This document shows, one piece after another, positions 52,426 to 61,594 of a stretch of 64,000 nt of DNA. Under the pieces are notes generated by a model. The model saw only the letters and a list, made by a program, of their open reading frames with translations. It did no database searches and had not been told where the DNA came from. The stretch comes from Azolla caroliniana (taxonomy: Eukaryota > Plantae > Polypodiophyta). Within the stretch, counting starts at the first letter, position 1, and each line of letters begins with the position of its first letter. The DNA is taken from positions 21,948,001-22,012,000 of the forward strand of contig JBHGNT010000002.1 of NCBI GenBank assembly GCA_043228905.1, given 5' to 3'. The position numbers were made by a program, and so were the translations under genes.

Positions 52426-54170
52426 CAACAATTGTTAGAGGCCGAACCGGACCCGATCCTACGAGTCTTAGAGGATGGTTCCAGGGAGCTTACTCCACCC
52501 CCATCTCCCATAATCACCATTTGGCTTTTGAGTATGTCACAACCTTCTTTAATGAATCTCCAATGATGATGGGCCCGAGCCTTGGCTTGGCTTTCCGGCA
52601 CATCATCTTCATGAATATAAACATATCCAAAATCAAACAATATATCGGAAGGGACATCCAATACAACATGCTTGCGGTTCATTGCATCCAAATACGGAAC
52701 CACTAAACAACTTGCATTCTCTAACCCCCTCAATATTGTTTCCCCCAATTGAGGATTTTGCACGTATTTGGCAAAATACAAAACTTGTCCTCTCATGGCC
52801 AACATAACATTCGGTTGATTCCATATGTCATTTCTCTCATAACCACATAATGGAAAGGAATAACCGACCAATGAGTTTTCCACTTGTTTTTGTCTAAATA
52901 AAACATGGACCCTTATTGCATTGGGTTCATGAACATCTTTAACACCCAAATGTTTTGTGAACTCATGCCCAAAGGGGGCTGCATAATCAAGTATGGAAAA
53001 GCCACCATTTCCGGTATCCTCCTTCAACATCCCACATGTTCTTATTGTGATCGCATTATCCAATTTTTGTGATTGTATTGTTCTTTTTGAACGAAATGTT
53101 TTTGCCTTGACACATCCATCATTTGGTTGGATGGTACTAACAATTTTCCCCCTTATCTCAGTAGTGGATGTTGGTTGTTCTTGTGTATCAATTTCTATGT
53201 CCAATGCATTATACGCATTAGGGGTGAGACACGTCTCTTGCATAGGCACCGTACGTGTCTTGCATCCATGCTTAGCCTTTACATTTATCCATTGAGTGTC
53301 TCTTGTTTCCCCTTGTGCCCGTACACCCATACAATCTGAGGCTAGTTTCTCTTGACATTTATCTGCCTCATGCCCTTCTTGTTTACAATATTCGCAACAA
53401 CGTTTTTTTTCCCCCAATTTAATATTTCTCCTTGGGCAATTCTTGGCTAAATGTCCCATTTGCCGACAATAGAAGCATTGTCCAGGGAGCCCGGCAAACT
53501 CCACCTTTTGTTCTATAAAATCCCCTTCTTCATTTGGTAGCCTTACCTTTGTCGGTAAGTTTTCGAGTGATTCTACCAAGATTCGGGCTGACGGAAATCC
53601 TGACATTTTACTTAATCGCATAGCCATACTTTCTTGGACCCTCACTACAGTTCCGATCCTTGAAGCTATTGCTTCAAGCATCGGTAAATACTCCTTACGT
53701 AATCCCGGGAAGACAATCGTTAACGGAAATATCCGATCTCCTTTCCGTATTGCCTCCACCGGATTAAAACCTTGTTTCCAAGGCATCACAAATGCACGGG
53801 CACCTCTTACATCAAGAGGACTATGCTCCAACATTATTCCCACTGATTCGATTGTATCCAATTCCACATGATAAAATCCTCGTCCCATGAATTGGACATC
53901 TATTATTCTACCAATTAATCCATGCATAGATGCTTGTAATAAATCTTTACACTCACCTCTATTCGGCCGAGCTCCCACCACTCTGCAGATCACCGAGAGT
54001 TGAGTTAGGCGCTGAATCTCTGATTTGAATTCAGCCTCTTCTTCTGTCGAGAATACGATCGGTAGAGGCCGCTCCTCAGATTCTGTTGGCGGGGCTGCTT
54101 CTTTAGAGTGCCCCTGTTGTGTCGTTGAGGTGGCTCTCTGCTGCGTTCTCTCTCTTCCCTGTTCCTCCAT
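52425..54170 (-). CDS. L1 ORF1 (581 aa): DUF4283/RRM-like region, two CCHC knuckles, extra C-terminal domain
   Basis: The true ATG is 54170, because the longer ORF call crosses the TSD. CFYCRQMGHLAKNC and CEYCKQEGHEADKC; frame is intact. Confidence 0.9.
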   Translation of the reverse strand: MEEQGRERTQQRATSTTQQGHSKEAAPPTESEERPLPIVFSTEEEAEFKSEIQRLTQLSVICRVVGARPNRGECKDLLQASMHGLIGRIIDVQFMGRGFYHVELDTIESVGIMLEHSPLDVRGARAFVMPWKQGFNPVEAIRKGDRIFPLTIVFPGLRKEYLPMLEAIASRIGTVVRVQESMAMRLSKMSGFPSARILVESLENLPTKVRLPNEEGDFIEQKVEFAGLPGQCFYCRQMGHLAKNCPRRNIKLGEKKRCCEYCKQEGHEADKCQEKLASDCMGVRAQGETRDTQWINVKAKHGCKTRTVPMQETCLTPNAYNALDIEIDTQEQPTSTTEIRGKIVSTIQPNDGCVKAKTFRSKRTIQSQKLDNAITIRTCGMLKEDTGNGGFSILDYAAPFGHEFTKHLGVKDVHEPNAIRVHVLFRQKQVENSLVGYSFPLCGYERNDIWNQPNVMLAMRGQVLYFAKYVQNPQLGETILRGLENASCLVVPYLDAMNRKHVVLDVPSDILFDFGYVYIHEDDVPESQAKARAHHHWRFIKEGCDILKSQMVIMGDGGGVSSLEPSSKTRRIGSGSASNNC

Positions 54171-55025
54171 CTCGTTTTTAACTTTTTCGCCCCAATATGT
54201 ACAATATTTATGTAATATATGTACATTTTTTATGTTTATTAAGTATGTATTTGTATACATACTATAATGTATATAATATGTATGTATATATGTTTAACAT
54301 GCATGCACCGGGTTCATATATGCATGTATTTATATATATCTAGTGTATTTTGTATATGTGTTCGTATTTAGTCAGTATGCATGGATGCAATGTTTATGCC
54401 ATATGTATGTGATGCCCATGTTATGCATGTATGTATGCTCCTACAAATTTAGGTAATGTTTGAATGCATCATCTTTTGGGCTTTTGTACCTTTTAGTCCT
54501 TGGTTAAATATATATTCACATAATACCCAAATCCCTTGACTATAATTACATTCATTGCCCCCATGATTTATCTACACCCTTTCTTATGAGTTCATGTGAT
54601 AGCATACAAGTTTAGGTAGTGGAGGCCTTAGGGGTAACAACCATGTTGAGGAGGCCTTGACAAGCTTATTTATAGTTTAACAAGTACACTAGCGTTTCTT
54701 AGAAGATTGTGAAAGAAATCTCGCATGCTGGTTGCAATATGAAACATGGTTTACTAGCTAAAGGACAAACAATGTGGTTGTAAAAGTCACATGAAGAGCA
54801 AGTGTTTTGTGATTGCAAGTTGTTGTTTTGTTTGTAGCATGCTTTTTTTATAAAGAGTTTTTAACTAAGATGATTGGCGATTTAAATACAAAACTTTTGG
54901 GATGTGAAAAGTCAAAAAAGCAAGAGACATAAGAGTTAAGCATAAAGAAAGGATGCAAAAAATGGAAGTCAAATTGCAAGCATCGATCACGTTAAAAATT
55001 GTACAAAAAAAAGATTACGTGTTAC

Positions 55026-55056
<31 letters not shown>

Positions 55057-55298
55057 TAAAGAGCCACAAAGAAAGTCGGGTTTAAAGAAGGGAACATTAG
55101 AGAAGGGGGAGGGGGGGGGGGGGGACTAGAGACAAGACGAGAGGGAGGTCGGAACCCACGAATTCCGTGGCGTGACCAAAGAAGATGAGAGCAAGTATAG
55201 TAGGAGTAGTAGTAGGAGTGGTTGGCAGGTCGGTTTGTCCGCATTGGAAGAGGCCGGGGACGGGGACAAGTGTCTCCCTCCCATAGCGCAAAGAGAGA

Positions 55299-55349
55299 GA
55301 AAGAAAGAAAGAAAGATATATTAACGTCTTCCAAGACCAAATTTGGCCC

Positions 55350-55355
<6 letters not shown>
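55299..55355 (-). mobile_element. 57-bp extreme 3' fragment of the 61.6-kb LINE, inserted in a (GA)n tract
   Basis: (GAAA)n GATATATTAACGTCTTCCAAGACCAAATTTGGCCCATGAGA matches 61599-61655 with 2 mismatches. Confidence 0.85.
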
Positions 55356-55383
<28 letters not shown>

Positions 55384-55469
55384 ACTTGAGAGACGTTTTT
55401 GTTGACAAAGTGGTATGTATGTACCGGAACCCCACCCTCTCACACACACACAAACTACTGATTTCTTCT

Positions 55470-55700
55470 ACATACATACATACATACATACATACGTGTG
55501 GTTGGTTGCATATACACATACATATACATACACAGACGTACACATACATACATATGTATATACGTACGTACGTGTGGTTGGTTGCACATACACAGACGTA
55601 CGCACACATACATACATGACATACACAGACATATACATACATACAAAGATGTATGACATACATACATACATACTATATACGTACGTGCGGTTGGTTGCGT
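55470..55700. repeat. Degenerate (TACA)n region with three GTGGTTGGTTGC-like units
   Basis: Low-complexity sequence upstream of the transporter. Confidence 0.65.
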
Positions 55701-55931
55701 TTCCTGATGCTGCCTGCTTTTTGCGTTCACACTAGGAAACCTTTTGAAAAAGCCAACGCCCACACCACAGCAGAGACAGACACGCAGAGACACAGGAGGC
55801 ACACACAACTAAGACACTGACACTCACACTTGAGAGAGAGAGAGAGAGGGGGGGGGGGGGGGGGAGATAAAAGAGCCCATTTTGGATTGAATTGGACGGA
55901 ACATTGAAGAAGAAGCAGCACCAGCAGCACC

Positions 55932-57563
55932 GTGATGATGATAGGTGATGACCATTCGGGCCAGCAGCAGAAGGCCATGATGGGCGGCACCTCCGTGGTG
56001 GTGGCCCCTCGCCGCCTTGGGCTGTTCACATGGTGTTGCGTCCTGCTGAGCACGGTGAGCGCCATGCTCATGGGCTACGACATCGGCATCATGAGCGGCG
56101 CCATCCTGTTCATCCGGGACGACCTCCACCTCAGCCTGCTCCAGGAGGAGGTGACCGTCGGCTCCTTGAACCTCTTCGCCGCCTTCGGCTCCCTCTGCGC
56201 CGGCTTCGTGGCGAACCGCCTGGGCCGCCGCCGCGCCCTCCTGGTGGCCTCCGCCCTTTTCTTCCTGGGCGCCGCCCTGCTGGCGGCCTCCCTGTCCTTC
56301 GCCTGGCTTCTGGCCGGCCGCCTCCTCACCGGCCTCGGCGTCGGCTTCGCCATGATGATCGCGCCCCTCTACTCCGCTGAGATCTCCCCCGCCTCCGTCC
56401 GCGGCTTCTTGGTCTCCTTCACCGAGGTCTTCGTCAACGTCGGCATCCTGCTCGGCTACCTCATCGGCTTCGCCTTCCAGTTCCTCAGCCCTTCCTTCAA
56501 CTGGCGCCTCATGCTCGGCGCTGGCGCCCTCCCTGCGATCCTCCTCGCCGCCGGGACCATCTTCGTCTTGCCTGAATCCCCGCGCTGGCTCGTCATCGTA
56601 GGCCACCTGGACCTCGCCCGCACCGTCCTCAAAGACGTCGTCTGCGGCGGGGACGCCATTGAAGCAGAGCAGCGCCTCGCAGAAATCATGGAAGCCAACG
56701 AAGCGGAAGGAGGATCTACCACTTCCGGCTGTTTCTCCTGCGCCTGCGCCTGCGCCTGCACCACCAGCCACACAGGAGGATCTCGGCGCCTCAGCGGCGT
56801 CTTGTCGCCATTAACCAGGATGTATATCGTGGCCATAGGGATCAACTTCTTCCAGCAAGCATCGGGCATCGACGCGCTGGTGTATTACAGCCCGGTGGTC
56901 TTCAAGCAAGCCGGCGTGACGACGAAGATGGGGATGCTGGGGGCGACGGTGGGGATGGGGGTGGTGAAGCTAGGGTTTGTGTTCGTGGCGACATATCTGC
57001 TGGACAGGGCGGGGAGGAAGAAGCTGCTGTACATAAGCGCGGGGGGTGTGATCGTATGCCTGACCACAGTGGCGGCGACATTCGTGCTGCTGGGATTGAA
57101 CTCTGCGGAGGGAGATTCGTTGCTGTCGGTGGCGGACAAGAAGGCGGCGGCGGGCGGACATGGGGCGGCAGCGGGCGTGGCCGTGACTATAGTGGCGGTC
57201 TTCGCCTACGTCGCCTTCTTCTCGGTCGGGTTCGGGCCAATCAGCTACGTCCTCACCTCCGAGATCTTCCCCCTCAAGCATCGGTCCGCCGCCGTGGGGC
57301 TCTCGGTCTTCGTGAACCGGGCGGTCAGCGGCACCGTTGCCCTCACTTTCCTCAGCATTGCCAAGGCCTTGACCCCCGCCGGTACGTTCGGCCTCTTCGC
57401 CGGCTTCACACTCTTGTCCCTCGTGTTCGTCGCGCTCCTCGTACCCGAAACCAAAGGCAAGACATTGGAAGAAATCAGCCTCCTCTTCGGCTCGGACTCG
57501 GGCTCCGGTGCCAATGATCAAACCGAGTCGGCCAACTCTGTACAGCTGGCTCACAAGCTCTGA
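55932..57563 (+). CDS. PLT: Polyol/monosaccharide transporter (PLT/PMT subfamily, MFS sugar porter), single exon, 543 aa
   Basis: GYDIGIMSGAILFI, NRLGRRR, YSAEISPASVRGFL, PESPRWL, FFQQASGIDALVYYSP, DRAGRK, SEIFPL, VPETKGKTLEEI; about 12 hydrophobic segments. Confidence 0.93.
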   Translation: MMMIGDDHSGQQQKAMMGGTSVVVAPRRLGLFTWCCVLLSTVSAMLMGYDIGIMSGAILFIRDDLHLSLLQEEVTVGSLNLFAAFGSLCAGFVANRLGRRRALLVASALFFLGAALLAASLSFAWLLAGRLLTGLGVGFAMMIAPLYSAEISPASVRGFLVSFTEVFVNVGILLGYLIGFAFQFLSPSFNWRLMLGAGALPAILLAAGTIFVLPESPRWLVIVGHLDLARTVLKDVVCGGDAIEAEQRLAEIMEANEAEGGSTTSGCFSCACACACTTSHTGGSRRLSGVLSPLTRMYIVAIGINFFQQASGIDALVYYSPVVFKQAGVTTKMGMLGATVGMGVVKLGFVFVATYLLDRAGRKKLLYISAGGVIVCLTTVAATFVLLGLNSAEGDSLLSVADKKAAAGGHGAAAGVAVTIVAVFAYVAFFSVGFGPISYVLTSEIFPLKHRSAAVGLSVFVNRAVSGTVALTFLSIAKALTPAGTFGLFAGFTLLSLVFVALLVPETKGKTLEEISLLFGSDSGSGANDQTESANSVQLAHKL

Positions 57564-58600
57564 TCTCTTGCCATGGCTACTCAACTCAGTTAGGAAGCTC
57601 ACATTTGGACCCAAGACTTTGCCTCTTTTCCCTTTTGCTCAAGTGGGCAATGTTACGCATATGGTTCCTCCTCTTGATTTCACATGACTCGGTTGTTAAA
57701 ACAAACTCTATAGAGTCAGTCTACCTATCCCAAAGTTCTTTCTTTCCTGTGTCCACCCCACTCATGGTCATTGCCATATGTATGTAAATGATAATGAGGA
57801 GCCCATGTGTCCATCTGTCCGTCCATTATGTATGTATGTAATGATAATGAGGCGCCCATGTGTCTGTCCGTCCATCCGTCCGTCTATGTGTGTGTCTCCC
57901 CACGACACCCATCAACTTGTACTACATATCGACACACTAGCCACGTGGGCCTGCCTATAGTATGTGTTGCCTGTCATGTCGATCATATCCCTTCGACTCA
58001 GTGTATTGTAATGCCTCACATTCTATTGTTTATAACGAAAAATAAGTGCTTTTCGAGCTTTGTATGTAAATATATTCTTGATGCATTCAAATGTTGCTAT
58101 ATATCTAATGCTCTATGTGTGCATTGTTGGTTCTAGACCATCAATTTATAGATGAAAGCCAGCGAGAATGGGGCTTGTGCACATGGTTTTGTGCTCCCTC
58201 ACATTCGCTCTAGTATTCAACATGCACATTGGCTAAGGTATAAATAGAAAGGTTCTTCCTGGCTTTGTACAATCAATATATGAAGCGTTTTCATATTGCA
58301 TGCATGTTGACACCTTGAACACTTGAGTTTAATGTTCATAACATGCTTGTACGTCGTGCCCTCCATCCCAATCACTTCATGAATCTATGTCTTCTCTCAT
58401 AAACATGGTGGTGCTTTATATACCTTCTAGTTGTGACTAGAATTTTTTTTTCAAAATGCCTGTTGTAGTGCAAAGGTCCAATTCATGAAAAGTGTTGTTG
58501 TAGAGTCTAGACTTAAAAATCTGAGATGAGCAAGCAAGCAAATAAGATCATCACTTGTCCGTGAAAGGATTACACTATCCCTATTGCATTCATTATGTAA

Positions 58601-58758
58601 TTAGGAATCTGTGATATGATAGGATCTATAGCACTGGGCATTGCAAATCCTTCCTTGAGCATTTGAGAGCCCTAACCATATGTTAGGAATCCGTGATATG
58701 ATAGGATCTATAGCACTGGGTATTGTAAATCCTTCCTTGAGCCCTAACCATATGTTAG
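58601..58758. repeat. 82-bp tandem duplication
   Basis: TTAGGAATC.GTGATATGATAGGATCTATAGCACTGGG occurs twice, at 58601 and 58683. Confidence 0.8.
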
Positions 58759-58899
58759 GTTGAAGAGCATCAGCCCTAACAAAATAGGTTATGCCAGTAT
58801 TGTTTTTTATATGTTGTTGGGCTAATTTAAAAGAAAATCCACTATTTTAAAGTTATGGTAAAGAGCATAAATGTTATATACAAGCCACATATTATTTAC

Positions 58900-61050
58900 T
58901 CTATAAGGCAACAAGATCTCAATGAATGGTTCACTACATTTGACGATGATAGGAAATCTATATCTTGGGGTTTTTCATAAAATATAAGTAATACGTTAAA
59001 TATAATGAAGATAAGTTAATGGATTCATCCTATCCACAAAAAACACCACGTTATCATTTTCAAAGGGGAAATTATTCGTCATTGAAATTGACACGAAATT
59101 GACAAAGAAAAGCATTGAATAGAATCCGATTCATGTTTGACAATGCCCCAATTTTGTTATGCTTCTTGTAAAGTTTCGACACATGTCGTAGTGATTCATT
59201 TTGAACTTCATTTATTTAATGAAAGAATCGTTTCAACTTTATTAACTATTGTGAACTTTTCAATTTCTTGCCTTTTGCCAATAACGTACACCTATGGGTT
59301 TAGTTTTAGTTTATTTTTATAATGTGTGACTCAACGATATGTTTCAATCACAGCAAATGAAGTCCAAATTCTTCATCTCATACAAAAATAGGGTGCGTCC
59401 AATTCCAATAATGTAAGCCATTTGATACATTTCCAATGATACTTTATAATATAATGGCCTTTGCAACAACATAAAAAGGGAGCAAAGAATTCATCATCAC
59501 TAACTAATGGCCACAGGATTTAGAGGAAAAACATTGTGCCCTATCTTAAGCACATCCAACAACATTCATGATTGCTAAAATTATTCTGCATATCACATAT
59601 GTATATAATGCTATTCCTTCCTATAATGTTCAACCATCCTGCAAAATATCTGCATTTTTGTATAGGATTTAAAGTAAAAACTTTGTATGCCAAGATGGTT
59701 GAGTGGATGTTACAAAACAAAAATCTCCAAAATGATGCAAATGTAAATGGGAAGCTTTCAAGCAAGTCCAACGTCAAAATGATTTTCTGTGAAATGATTG
59801 CCTTGTAAAACCACTGCTAAAAGTAGGTCAAAGATCACATATGTATATAATGCTATTCCTTCCTATAATGTTCAACCATCCTGCAAAATATCTGCATTTT
59901 TGTATAGGATTTAAAGTAAAAACTTTGTATGCCAAGATGGTTGAGTGGATGTTACAAAACAAAAATCTCCAAAATGATGCAAATGTAAATGGGAAGCTTT
60001 CAAGCAAGTCCAACGTCAAAATGATTTTCTGTGAAATGATTGCCTTGTAAAACCACTGCTAAAAGTAGGTCAAAGATCACATATGTATATAATGCTATTC
60101 CTTCCTATAATGTTCAACCATCCTGCAAAATATCTGCATTTTTGTATAGGATTTAAAGTAAAAACTTTGTATGCCAAGATGGTTGAGTGGATGTTCACAA
60201 AACAAAAATCTCCAAAATGATGCAAATGTAAATGGGAAGCTTTCAAGCAAGTCCAACGTCAAAATGATTTTCTGTGAAGTGATTGCCTTGTAAAGCCACT
60301 GCTAACAGTAGGTCAAAGAAAAATATTTGATAGGAAATGCACACGAGAAGCCCAATAAGTTCTTCAGGAGTTTTAAAATGGCCCAAGATAAGGAGAAAAG
60401 CATAAAAATATCAACATGCATAGAAAAGATTCATAAAAAAAGAAAAAGCGAAAATATGGGAATGCAATCCACAATTTCTTGAAAAGCTGACATGTCATTG
60501 CATGCATGTGGTAATCATAGTGAAAACTAAAGGGGAACCCACATTGAGAATTATGGCAACTTAATTCCTACAAACTTCTTTATGCATTCTAAAAAATCAT
60601 ATGGAAAATATGATGTATTATAGTTTCACTTTCATAGCATGTCCTTTATTATTGAGGATGTCTGTGGAGGAGGAAAGGGAAGGGGAAAAAGAAAACAAGA
60701 AAGAGCAAGAGAGCGACTTAATCAGAAATAGGGAAAATAACGTATAGATGACGAGAAGAGATTTTATGCCTACACCGTCGTCGTTAATGCCCAGGGAACG
60801 ATCCAACGAATTGGCTCCTGCTTCTCCTACGATTGACGGTACTATCGATGTTCAGTTGGCATCGAAGGATGAGCTCATTACATTGGGGAAGTTGGGTTTG
60901 ATTCTTAACATTTCTCAAATTTGGCAAGCTTTCTCACAGTTTTATTTGATGCCTAGGCACAATGGGTGTTTGCACAGTTTACACATTTTGACCCAAAATT
61001 AGAGATGAGATCGTTTCCTATTTTTGAGGTATTGGGAATTGCGTATTAAT
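58900..61050 (-). mobile_element. Decayed hAT-like transposase remnant
   Basis: Traces resembling a BED finger (KCKLC..GI) and a DUF659-like IG..SI..IC..NN.SN segment; many stops. Confidence 0.35.
59592..60318. repeat. 242-bp tandem triplication
   Basis: Units start at 59592, 59834 and 60076. Units 1 and 2 look identical; unit 3 has 1 insertion and about 3 substitutions. Confidence 0.95.
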
Positions 61051-61305
61051 TGGAATATGTGCAATGCTTTTCTATTTGATGGTAGACATGGAGTCAAAGC
61101 ATTTCTACGAAAGTTGGAGTACTAATGTGGCAATTTTCTTTATTGGAGCAAGTGAAAATTCTTTCATCAATGGAGTGTTCATCTTTCCTATTGGCAATTC
61201 AACATGTTCCACTACCCATGTTGTTACTGGGTGACCATACTCCATTGTGATACCCATTGTAAGTAGTGTTTTTGACACACATTTATTAATATAATTGCGT
61301 GTTTT

Positions 61306-61310
<5 letters not shown>

Positions 61311-61378
<68 letters not shown>
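61311..61378. repeat. (AG)~34 microsatellite
   Basis: Pure dinucleotide run. Confidence 0.9.
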
Positions 61379-61380
<2 letters not shown>

Positions 61381-61594
61381 ATTATTTACGGAGGTCAAAT
61401 ATGACCTATAAGACTAGAAATATTATGTTTCACGTAATACATGTGAAAATGAGTAGTGACTCTCAATGTTCAAGAACGTTACCAATGAATATTGCAATCA
61501 AGAGTACATATTGCTATTGTGAGAGAAATTTGTGCAAGTATCGAGTTTGTCGAAGATGTGTGAAAGGCATTGTTGAATGTGATCAAAGGTATGA

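Larger units (their letters stand above)
47938..54192 (-). mobile_element. Full-length L1-clade LINE (~6.25 kb)
   Basis: 17-bp TSD CAATATGTACAATATTT (47921-47937 and 54193-54209), poly(A) tail at 47938-47953, ORF1 plus ORF2. Confidence 0.95.

Noticed and set aside
54171-54260. N-terminal 30 aa of the 611-aa ORF1 call
   Set aside because: Most of it lies in the TSD and flanking DNA; the real start is ATG 54170.
46534-54662. Possible Gypsy LTR (TGTAAC...TGACA) hosting the L1
   Set aside because: The flanks do not form a TSD (GTAGA versus AGCTT) and there is no second copy to confirm the ends.
55350-55808. Cluster of short ORFs rich in H/T/Y or C/V/M
   Set aside because: Translations of microsatellite-like sequence.
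55824-56771. 315-aa antisense ORF and other ORFs overlapping the transporter
   Set aside because: Expected shadow of very high GC3 on the coding strand; low-complexity product with no motifs.
59592-60318. CRISPR-like array or small repeated genes
   Set aside because: Head-to-tail 242-bp units with no unique spacers, in a eukaryotic context.
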